Of a stretch of 32,000 nucleotides of DNA, positions 10,201-16,907 are shown piece after piece. The translations under genes and the position numbers were made by a program. Position 1 is the first letter of the stretch, and each line of letters begins with the position of its first letter. This stretch comes from Nitratidesulfovibrio vulgaris str. Hildenborough (lineage in GTDB: Bacteria > Desulfobacterota > Desulfovibrionia > Desulfovibrionales > Desulfovibrionaceae). Under the pieces are notes generated by a model that was given only the letters and a program-made list of their open reading frames with translations, was not told where the DNA came from and did no database searches. The stretch covers positions 2,370,001-2,402,000 of the forward strand of contig NC_002937.3 of the NCBI RefSeq assembly GCF_000195755.1. The letters run 5' to 3'.

Positions 10201-11050
10201 GGCGGCGCTTCTCGCCGTCCTGCAATCCGACCTCAAGCTGGTGCTCATCTACTCCACCGTGAGCCAGCTGGGCTACATGGTGCTGGCCTTCGCCCTCGGC
10301 ACGCCGCTGGGCATGGCAGGGGGCCTGCTGCACCTCGCCAACCACGTGCTGTTCAAGGACCTGCTCTTCCTCGTGGCGGGCGCACTCATCCTGCAGACGC
10401 ACAAGCACTCGCTCGACCAGCTTGGCGGCATAGGCCGCAAGATGCCGGTGACGCTGGGCGTCTTCGCCATCGGCGCACTCTCCGTCGTGGGCGTGCCCCC
10501 CACCAACGGTTTCACCTCGAAATGGATCATCTACCACGCCCTCATGCAGCAGGGTGAAGTGATGCTCGCCATCCTCTCGCTGGTGGGAAGTGTGCTGACG
10601 CTGGCGTACTTCGCCAAGTACCTGCACGCCGCCTTCCTCGGTCAGCCCTCGCCCGACATCGACCACGTGCAGGAGGCCCCGCGCGTGATGCTGGTGCCCA
10701 TGCTCGTCCTCGCTGCGGGTTGTGTCGTCACCGGCTTCTTCCCCGGCCTGCTGCTTGCGCCCATCGCCACCATGCTGACGGCCCTCGGCCTGACCGCGCC
10801 CGAAGTCGCCCCGTGGGGCCTCGCCAGCGGCGCAGGCGCATGGAACGCCACCGCGGTTGCGGTACTCGCCACCGTGGCCGCAGCCTTCGGCTGGGGCATG
10901 CTGCGCCTGCTCACCCGCGACAGCCGGGTGACGACGGTGCACACCTGCGGTGTCGACCTCGGCCGTGACGTGGCCCGCATGAACTCCGGCAGCATCTACG
11001 GCGCGCCCGTGGCCCTGCTGCGCGGCATGACCGCCTCCAAGGAGCGCTAG
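7289..11050 (+). CDS. cooM: CooM, large membrane subunit of the Coo [NiFe] hydrogenase (two fused NuoL/M/N / Mrp-antiporter-like modules)
   Basis: The track ORF starts at TTG 7076. I set the start at ATG 7289, which follows GGGAGATTAGG. The protein is very hydrophobic. Antiporter-type motifs occur twice: WLPDAHPVAPSSISGPLSGLLTKTGIYG and LKRLLAYSTMGQIG in the first half, MHPATAPTPVSGYISSVLLKS and LKLVLIYSTVSQLG in the second half. Confidence 0.9.
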   Translation: MQPAPTLFDLPFMVQAGIVLLFWGTLAAIAARRRLDALIGYGAVADAGIALIGFGLGSATATTGGILFAAFQCLARLLAYGALRPLMSKAGSAEADALRGIREAMPASAVLYGFGMFAALGISPFLVPEGRMLVTAAAVQSGGLLLPLLMALSAAIMAWLTVVATQTVCLEHGPWEASGITPERLPLHLAPVALAVAGCGIGGHALMVGAAAFLGHAPESLPALADGWHPAALVPYAGAFCVWAAGGVARPFRSILAVVLAAAALALAWHGAGLDPLARLFAVITGGVCLAVTAYSVGYITHARHSSGYYFFLMIMTGSLMGLVSTRSFGSFYGFWELMTWSSYFLVVHEGTPRAFRAGVKYFVMCAAGAMFMLPGLLMLTNGGSADFDAVTTAVRQLDPMLLKAALLLTLAGFAVKAGFVPVHGWLPDAHPVAPSSISGPLSGLLTKTGIYGIVRVLFAICGMTVLLQTGEGIAGISWMGAAVTTLGVLTMAYGEVMALRQDDIKRLLAYSTMGQIGEIATIIGLGTWLSTTGALAHVLNHAIMKNLLFLCAGALVMRAGRKLEDLAGMGRMMPWTAGCMMVGVLSIMGMPPFAGFASKYLMLQGAVQAGHPELAAALLLASLAGAVYYMRIIRVLVFMPRKGHPVQEAPWAMRLPMLVLAGLCVFLGIAPQYGLALVTPVADMLVAAGNLAPQTLPSLTVSWPPYVVLTMLGAALPALLRHDRKLAGWATALVLLVAAVVAAFTGRDLDMLSYGFVLTVAVIGCLNMVYAVGYMEHSHTQWRFYTFFLFMVGGLMGVAASRDLYSFFTFWEIMSSWSLYCVIVHEEFPEALREGFKYFFFNVLGAAFMFLGVVLLTAGAGSPAFDAVHAALPSMPVGLSATAVGLMVLGLVMKAAQLPFRIDVQMHPATAPTPVSGYISSVLLKSALFGLAKLLLALGGGAVLVQAAGFTDGIGLMQVVAWVGGITIVMAALLAVLQSDLKLVLIYSTVSQLGYMVLAFALGTPLGMAGGLLHLANHVLFKDLLFLVAGALILQTHKHSLDQLGGIGRKMPVTLGVFAIGALSVVGVPPTNGFTSKWIIYHALMQQGEVMLAILSLVGSVLTLAYFAKYLHAAFLGQPSPDIDHVQEAPRVMLVPMLVLAAGCVVTGFFPGLLLAPIATMLTALGLTAPEVAPWGLASGAGAWNATAVAVLATVAAAFGWGMLRLLTRDSRVTTVHTCGVDLGRDVARMNSGSIYGAPVALLRGMTASKER

Positions 11051-11053
11051 ACC

Positions 11054-12019
11054 ATGCAAGACATCCTTGTCGCCCTCTTCCATATGATCGTCTTCCCGGG
11101 CGGTGCGTTCGCGCTGACGCTGGGGCTTCTGCTCAAGGGACTCGACCGCAAGGTCGAGGCCCGCTTGCAGCGCCGCGTGGGGCCGCCCATCGTGCAGCCC
11201 TTCATCGACCTCGTGAAGCTGACCACCAAGGAGACGCTCATCCCGGCCACGGCCAACCGCACCTTCTTCCTTGCCGCGCCGCTCATCGGCTTCACGGGCA
11301 TGGCGGTGTGCGCGGCCTTCATCCCCGTTCCCGGCGTCTATGACGGCATGCCGGGCATGGGTGACATGCTGGTGCTGTTCTACCTGCTGCCCCTGCCTGC
11401 CATCGCGCTCATGGTGGGCGGGTCGGCGTCAAGCTCGCCTTTCGGGGCCATCGGCTTCTCGCGCGAGATGACCATGATGCTGGCCTACGAGATTCCGCTG
11501 CTGGCCGTCCTGCTGGCGGTGGCGCTCAAGGTCGGTCACGCCACGGGCGTGGGGGCCGAACTCTCGCTGGCCTCGGTCGTGGCCTACCAGGCAAGCACGG
11601 GGATGCTCGGACTCGACCCGGTGATGCTGCCCGCGCTGCTGGCCTACCTGCTCTTCCTGCCGGGAACGGCCGGTGTGCCTCCCTTCGACATCCCCGAAGC
11701 GGAGACCGAGATCATCGAAGGCCCGCTGCTGGAATACTCCGGCCCCGCTCTCGGCTTCTTCCATCTCGGCGCGGCCCTGAAGACCGTCGTCGTGCTGGGC
11801 CTTGGCGTGGCGATGTTCTTCCCCGGCACCGTCCCCGGCGGCATCGTGCCCAACGTGCTGTGGTTCGCCGCCAAGTGAGCGGGCCTCATGCTGCTGTCGC
11901 TGACACTGGTCAAGGCCGCCACCGGCCGTTTCCGCATCGATCAGGCGTTCACCTTCTACCTCAAGCTGCCCACCCCGCTGGCCATGGCGAGTCTCGCCCT
12001 GGCGTGGCTGGGCTTTTAG
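11054..12019 (+). CDS. cooK: CooK, NuoH/HycD-like membrane subunit. The frame is interrupted by an in-frame TGA at 11876-11878 (Sec recoding, split gene or pseudogene unresolved).
   Basis: AAGGAG lies 9 nt upstream of ATG 11054. Conserved motifs include RLQRRVGPPIVQPFIDLVKL and PFDIPEAETEIIEGPLLEYSG. The track ORF ends at the TGA after 274 aa. The same frame continues for 46 codons (AGLMLLSLTLVKAATGRFRIDQAFTFYLKLPTPL...) to TAG 12017-12019, which gives the family-typical C-terminus and about 321 codons. Confidence 0.85.
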
Positions 12020-12031
12020 GGAGACCCGGCA

Positions 12032-12466
12032 ATGAACCTGGTCAAGAAGCTCGCCGTACGCTCCCCGTGGTTGTACCGCATCAACGCCGGATCATGTAAC
12101 GGCTGCGACGTGGAGCTTGCCACCACGGCGTGCATTCCTCGCTACGACGTGGAACGGCTCGGTTGCAAATACTGCGGCAGCCCCCGCCATGCCGACATCG
12201 TGCTCATCACCGGGCCCCTCACCGCCCGCGTGAAGGACAAGGTGCTGCGCGTGTGGGACGAGATACCCGCCCCGAAGATCACCGTGGCCGTGGGCATCTG
12301 CCCCGTCAGCGGCGGCGTCTTCCGCGACGGCTACCCCATCGAGGGGCCGCTCGACCGCTACATCCCCATCGACATCAACGTGCCGGGGTGTCCGCCCCGT
12401 CCGCAGGCCATCATCGAAGGCGTCGTCAAGGCGCGCGACCTGTGGCTCGAACGCATAGGAGGCTGA
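12032..12466 (+). CDS. cooL: CooL, NuoB-like hydrogenase small subunit (proximal [4Fe-4S])
   Basis: GGGAG lies 8 nt upstream of the ATG. The NuoB-type Cys pattern is present: GSCNGCDVE, GICPVSGG, PGCPPRP. Confidence 0.93.
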   Translation: MNLVKKLAVRSPWLYRINAGSCNGCDVELATTACIPRYDVERLGCKYCGSPRHADIVLITGPLTARVKDKVLRVWDEIPAPKITVAVGICPVSGGVFRDGYPIEGPLDRYIPIDINVPGCPPRPQAIIEGVVKARDLWLERIGG

Positions 12467-12467
12467 C

Positions 12468-13103
12468 ATGTTCGGATTCCTCAAGGTTCTCGCCCGCAAC
12501 GTGCTGAAGGGTCCCTCAACCGACCCCTTCCCCTTTGCCGAGGCCCACACCCCCGCCCGCTTTCGCGGTCAGGTGCGTCTCGACCCGGCACTGTGCGTGG
12601 GCTGCGCCATCTGCCACCACGTCTGCGCCGGGGGTGCCATCAACATCGCCGAACGCGAGGACGGCAGCGGCTACGACTTCACCGTGTGGCACAACACCTG
12701 CGCCCTGTGCGGCCTCTGCAGGCACTACTGCCCCACCGGCGCCATCACCCTCAGTAACGACTGGCACAACGCCCACCTGCAATCGCAGAAGTACGACTGG
12801 TGCGAACGCCAGTTCGTTCCGTTCATGCAGTGCGAAGGCTGCGGTGCGCACATCCGCCCGCTGCCGCCGCAACTGGCGGCCCGCGCCTACGGTCCCGGCG
12901 GCTTCGACTTCGCCTCGTTCATGCGCCTTTGCCCCTCGTGCCGCCAGCTGGCCGCCGCCCGGGCGGACGTGCATATCCCCGAAGCCTCGGCCATGCCCGC
13001 AGCCCCCGCAGGCCACGCCGACGAACCCGCCATCCGCGAAGGTGACGCCACCGCCGTCACGGTCAAGGGCGACGAGACGCCCGCCACGGGAGTACAGCAA
13101 TGA
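12468..13103 (+). CDS. cooX: CooX, 2x[4Fe-4S] ferredoxin-like subunit (NuoI/HycF-like) with a C-terminal extension
   Basis: AGGAGG lies upstream of the ATG. There are two CxxCxxCxxxCP-type motifs: CVGCAICHHVC and CALCGLCRHYCP. An extra Cys-rich segment plus an Ala/Pro-rich tail follow residue ~110. Confidence 0.88.
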   Translation: MFGFLKVLARNVLKGPSTDPFPFAEAHTPARFRGQVRLDPALCVGCAICHHVCAGGAINIAEREDGSGYDFTVWHNTCALCGLCRHYCPTGAITLSNDWHNAHLQSQKYDWCERQFVPFMQCEGCGAHIRPLPPQLAARAYGPGGFDFASFMRLCPSCRQLAAARADVHIPEASAMPAAPAGHADEPAIREGDATAVTVKGDETPATGVQQ

Positions 13104-13645
13104 CCACCATGCCCGACAATGCCCTCACCGCCCCCCTCGCCACCGCACTGGATGCGCTGGCAGAGGCGGAAGGCTTCACCTGGACGCGTGATGCCCACGG
13201 CAACGCCTACGGCTGGCTGCGCCTCGCCGAACGCGACACCCTGCCTGAAGCGGCGCGCCTGCTGGCCGAAGGTGGAGCGCGCCTTGCCACCGTCACCGCC
13301 TACGACCCCGTGCGCGAACCCGGCGTGCCCCGTCAGGAGATAGCCTACCACTTCGACGTGCACGGCACGACGCTGACCGTCACGGTGGTCCTCGACCCCG
13401 AATGCCCGTCGGTGCCCTCCATCACCCCGCACTTCCGCAACGCCGACTGGAACGAGCGCGAGTTCATGGAGATGTACGACATCGCCGTACCGGGCCACCC
13501 GAACCCCCGCCGCCTGTTCCTCGACGAGAAGCTCGATGCGGGCATCATGAACACCATCATCCCCCTTTCGACCATGACCAACGGCGCGTCCACGCAGAAC
13601 CTGTGGGAACGCATCCTCGCCGCGCGCCCCGGAGACAAGGCATGA
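13100..13645 (+). CDS. cooU: CooU, NuoC-like (30 kDa-type) subunit
   Basis: ATGA start/stop overlap with cooX. The NuoC-type motif NADWNEREFMEMYDIAVPGHPNPRRLFL is present. Confidence 0.9.
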   Translation: MTTMPDNALTAPLATALDALAEAEGFTWTRDAHGNAYGWLRLAERDTLPEAARLLAEGGARLATVTAYDPVREPGVPRQEIAYHFDVHGTTLTVTVVLDPECPSVPSITPHFRNADWNEREFMEMYDIAVPGHPNPRRLFLDEKLDAGIMNTIIPLSTMTNGASTQNLWERILAARPGDKA

Positions 13646-14742
13646 GCACTCCCGACAGCACGACGCAGACATGGACGCTGCCCGTAGGCCCGCTGCATGT
13701 GGCCCTTGAAGAGCCCATGTACTTCAAGCTGGATGTCGACGGCGAAATCGTCCGCAACGTGGAAATCACCGCCGGACATGTCCACCGGGGCATGGAGGCG
13801 CTGGCCATGCGCCGCAACCTGTTCCAGAACATCGTGCTCACCGAACGCGTGTGCTCGCTGTGCTCGAACAGCCATCCCTTCACCTACTGCATGGCAGTCG
13901 AGCACCTCGCGGGCATCGAAGTGCCCGCCCGCGCCGACCATCTGCGTGTGGTGGCGGAGGAGATAAAGCGCACGGCCTCGCACCTGTTCAACGTCGCCAT
14001 CCTCGCGCACATCATCGGCTTCAAGTCGCTGTTCATGCATGTGATGGAAGTGCGTGAGATCATGCAGGACATCAAGGAGACGGTGTACGGCAACCGCATG
14101 GACCTCGCCGCCAACTGCATCGGCGGCGTGAAGTACGACGTGGACGCCGAACTGCTGGCCATGCTGCTTGCCGGTCTCGACAAGGTGGAACGTAACGCCC
14201 GCGAGATATACCGCATCTACGCCTCCGACCCCATGGTCACAGGGCGCACCACCGGCATCGGCGTACTGCCCCCCGACGAGGCACGCCGCTTCGGCGTGGT
14301 GGGCCCCGTGGCGCGAGGTTCCGGCCTTGCCGTCGACGTGCGCCGCGACGTGCCCTATGCCGCCTACCCGCAACTCTCGTTCGATGTGATCACCGAAGAG
14401 GGCTGCGACGTGCGCGCCCGCGCCCTCGTACGTCTGCGCGAGGTGTTCGAGTCCATCTCCATCATCCGCCAGTGCGTGGCGACCCTGCCCGAAGGGGCCA
14501 TGACGGTCATCATGCCGGAGATACCCGCCGGGCAGTCGGTGGCACGTAGCGAAGCCCCCCGCGGCGAGCTCATGTACTACCTGCGCACCGACGGCACCGA
14601 CATCCCCAACCGGCTCAAGTGGCGCGTCCCGTCCTACATGAACTGGGACGCCCTCGGCGTGATGATGCGCGACGCCAACGTCGCCGACATCCCGCTCATC
14701 GTGAACAGCATCGACCCCTGCATCTCCTGCACGGAGCGTTAG
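13642..14742 (+). CDS. cooH: CooH, [NiFe] hydrogenase catalytic large subunit (group 4, NuoD-like)
   Basis: The track ORF starts at 13402. The real start is ATG 13642, which overlaps the cooU stop (ATGA) and follows GGAGA. Ni-Fe ligand motifs are [10 protein letters not shown] (N-terminal) and DPCISCTER (the extreme C-terminus). Confidence 0.93.
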
Positions 14743-14750
14743 GAGAGACC

Positions 14751-15113
14751 ATGCACGAGGCATCCATCGTGGCGGGCATCATGCGCATCGTAGAGGAGGA
14801 GGCCGCACGGCACGACGTGACGCGCATCGCGCGCGTACGTCTGCGAGTGGGGCTGCTCACCGGTGTCGAACCCCGCACCCTCACCGCCTGCTTCGAGCTT
14901 TACAGCGAGGGCACGGTGGCAGAAGGAGCCTCGCTCGACCTTGAGACGGTGCCCGCCCTCGGCACCTGCCACGCCTGTGGCGCGACATTCGACCTGCATC
15001 GGCGTTGTTTCGCCTGCCCTACATGTGGTAACGATGACATAACCCTTGAAGGTGGACGCGAACTGACCATCGCCGGTCTTGAAGTGCCCCAACCCGAAGG
15101 AGCAACAGCATGA
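14751..15113 (+). CDS. hypA: HypA, hydrogenase nickel-insertion/maturation factor
   Basis: AGGAG (14741-14745) precedes ATG 14751. The N-terminus MHEASIV is HypA-typical. Zinc motifs are CHAC...CPTC. The product is 120 aa. Confidence 0.9.
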
Positions 15114-15631
15114 ACCACGAGGAACTCTTCGTCATACAGGCAGAGGCCGAAAAGTGCCGTGCCTGCCGCAAGTGCGAACTGGCCTGCATCGCCTCCCACA
15201 ACAACCTGACCATCAAGGAGGCCGCGAAGAAGCGTACGGTGTTCGCTCCGCGCGTCCACGTGGTCAAGACCGACGAAGTGAAGATGCCCGTGCAGTGCCG
15301 CCAGTGCAAGGATGCCCCTTGCGCCCGTGTCTGCCCCACCCGCGCCCTCGTGCAGGATGATGGCGTGGTCACCATGCGCGCCCAGTTTTGCGCCGCGTGC
15401 AGGCTGTGCATCATGGCGTGCCCGTACGGAGCCATCAGCCTCTCGTTCATCGGCCTGCCCGAAGAGGACGAGGCAGGGGCCATGCATGGCCGCGAAGTGG
15501 CCGTGCGCTGCGACCTGTGCTCCGAATGGCGCGCACGGGAAGGCAAGAGCAGCTGCGCCTGCGTGGAGGCATGCCCCACCAAGGCCCTGCACATGGTCCC
15601 GCTTGCCGAGGCACGCGGCAGACACCAGTAG
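15110..15631 (+). CDS. cooF: CooF-type iron-sulfur electron-transfer protein (4 x [4Fe-4S] motifs)
   Basis: ATGA overlap with the hypA stop, and GAAGGAG lies upstream. Motifs are [37 protein letters not shown] and CDLC...CVEACP. Confidence 0.9.
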
Positions 15632-15655
15632 CCTTCGCCTCTCGACAGAATGCAG

Positions 15656-15683
15656 ACGCCCCGCCGGAAACCCGGCGGGGCGT
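15656..15683 (+). terminator. Strong GC hairpin terminating the coo operon
   Basis: ACGCCCCGCCGG (15656-15667) pairs perfectly with CCGGCGGGGCGT (15672-15683) around an AAAC loop, starting 25 nt after the cooF stop. The T-tract is weak (GTTCGTCAT). Confidence 0.6.
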
Positions 15684-15735
15684 TCGTCATAAGAACGTTC
15701 GTCATCAGAGCGTTCGCAACTAGGTCGTTCGTCAT
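15681..15735. repeat. Four-unit tandem array with 15-bp period: CGTTCGTCAT + 5-nt variable spacer
   Basis: CGTTCGTCAT occurs at 15681-15690, 15696-15705 and 15726-15735. The variant CGTTCGCAAC occurs at 15711-15720. The array lies between the convergent cooF and FemAB-like genes. Confidence 0.8.
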
Positions 15736-15783
15736 CTCATGGGTACGGAACGCCACGCAACCTGCCATCCCGTGAAGAAGTCA

Positions 15784-15820
15784 GGCGACACGCGTCGCCC
15801 CCTCATGCGTGAAGACGCAT
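15784..15820 (-). terminator. Two small hairpins downstream of the FemAB-like gene
   Basis: GGCGAC-ACGC-GTCGCC at 15784-15799 and ATGCGT-GAAG-ACGCAT at 15805-15820, just after the stop at 15828-15830. There is no clear U-tract. Confidence 0.35.
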
Positions 15821-15827
15821 CGCCTCT

Positions 15828-16907
15828 CTACTGCGTCCTTCCGGGCGCGGCGTCAGTCCTGTACAGGCTTTCGGCATTGCAGAAGTCGCGGTAGGCCGCA
15901 TGGTCGAGCGGATAGTCCCATGACCCGCTTCGCAGCGCGACCCGTCCGCCGAAGCCGGTCTTGAAGCGGTATAACCCGTGGAAGGGGTGTGCCGGGTCGT
16001 GCCCGGGCGGGACGGCACCCATCTCGTAGTCGTGGCACCCCCGGTCGCGGGCATGGCACATGGCCGTCCAGTGCATGAGATAGGGTGCCATGAGGTTGCG
16101 TTTGACATTGCCCGACGCCCCGTACAGGAAGTTGGCCGTTCTTCCGGCCAGCCCCACGATGCATCCGGCAAGGATGTCCGTCCCGTGCGTCGCCAGCAGG
16201 AACAGAAGTTCAGTACTGCCCGCGCCGTCGCACAACGCATGGAACATGGCGCTGAAATGCGTGATGCTGCACGGTTCGAAGCCGTTCCGTATGGCCGTCT
16301 GCCGATAGAGGGCGTGAAACTGCGGCAGACTCTCGCGTCCGACCTCGCGCACGGCCACGCCCTTGCGCCGGGCAAGCCCGATGTTGTAGCGCGTCTTGGG
16401 CTTCATGCGCTCAAGCACCGCCGCTTCCTCGCCGGTGATGTCCACCACCAGCGAACTTGCCACCGTCAAATCCTGAAACGACTTGCGAAGATTCCAGTGT
16501 CGCGTGCCCATGTTCATGCGCAATTCGCGCAAGCGTGCCTCGGGGAAGGCGTTCCATCCCTCGTCGTGCATCTCGTCCGCATAGGGCGAGACCCACGGCA
16601 GGTCGTAGCGGATGAACGCCACATCGGGGCCTAGCCCCTCCGCTAGCGCGAGGGAGAAGCTTTCAAGGTAGACACCGTAGTCCTCATGGGGCGGGGCCAC
16701 CTCCGGGCCTTGCGGCACGATGGCGACGCGGTGCCTGCCAAACCGCCGCAACAGCACAAGCACGTCGCCCCACGGCCCGGAAGACCGGATGTCGAAGGCG
16801 TGCGACTCCATGCCGAGACGGGTCTTCACCTGCGCCCAGTACGGCGTCTGGAAGAGGATGTCCGTGGGTAGAAGGGCCTGCGTCTTCTTGCGAGAAAGGT
16901 CGACCAT
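15828..16907 (-). CDS. FemAB-family (FemX-like) aminoacyl-tRNA-dependent peptidyltransferase homologue
   Basis: GGGAG lies 8 nt upstream of ATG 16907. Family-typical segments as I recall them are KPKTRYNIGLARRKGVAVRE and NFLYGASGNVKRNLMAPYLMHWTAMCHARDRGCHDYEMGAV. Confidence 0.8.
   Translation of the reverse strand: MVDLSRKKTQALLPTDILFQTPYWAQVKTRLGMESHAFDIRSSGPWGDVLVLLRRFGRHRVAIVPQGPEVAPPHEDYGVYLESFSLALAEGLGPDVAFIRYDLPWVSPYADEMHDEGWNAFPEARLRELRMNMGTRHWNLRKSFQDLTVASSLVVDITGEEAAVLERMKPKTRYNIGLARRKGVAVREVGRESLPQFHALYRQTAIRNGFEPCSITHFSAMFHALCDGAGSTELLFLLATHGTDILAGCIVGLAGRTANFLYGASGNVKRNLMAPYLMHWTAMCHARDRGCHDYEMGAVPPGHDPAHPFHGLYRFKTGFGGRVALRSGSWDYPLDHAAYRDFCNAESLYRTDAAPGRTQ

Noticed and set aside
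7820-11083. 1087-aa minus-strand ORF, the longest 'extra' ORF in the window
   Set aside because: It is antisense to cooM. Its composition (G/H/E/A/R/D-rich, no hydrophobic segments or motifs) is typical of a high-GC antisense frame, while the + frame encodes clear antiporter-like motifs. The same reasoning applies to 5064..6740 (+, antisense to lctP), 13345..14763 (-, antisense to cooH), 21164..22093, 22143..22862 and 22958..23800 (+, antisense to proXWV), 25892..26572 (-), 26542..27433 (-), 28439..29344 (-) and 29580..30359 (-).
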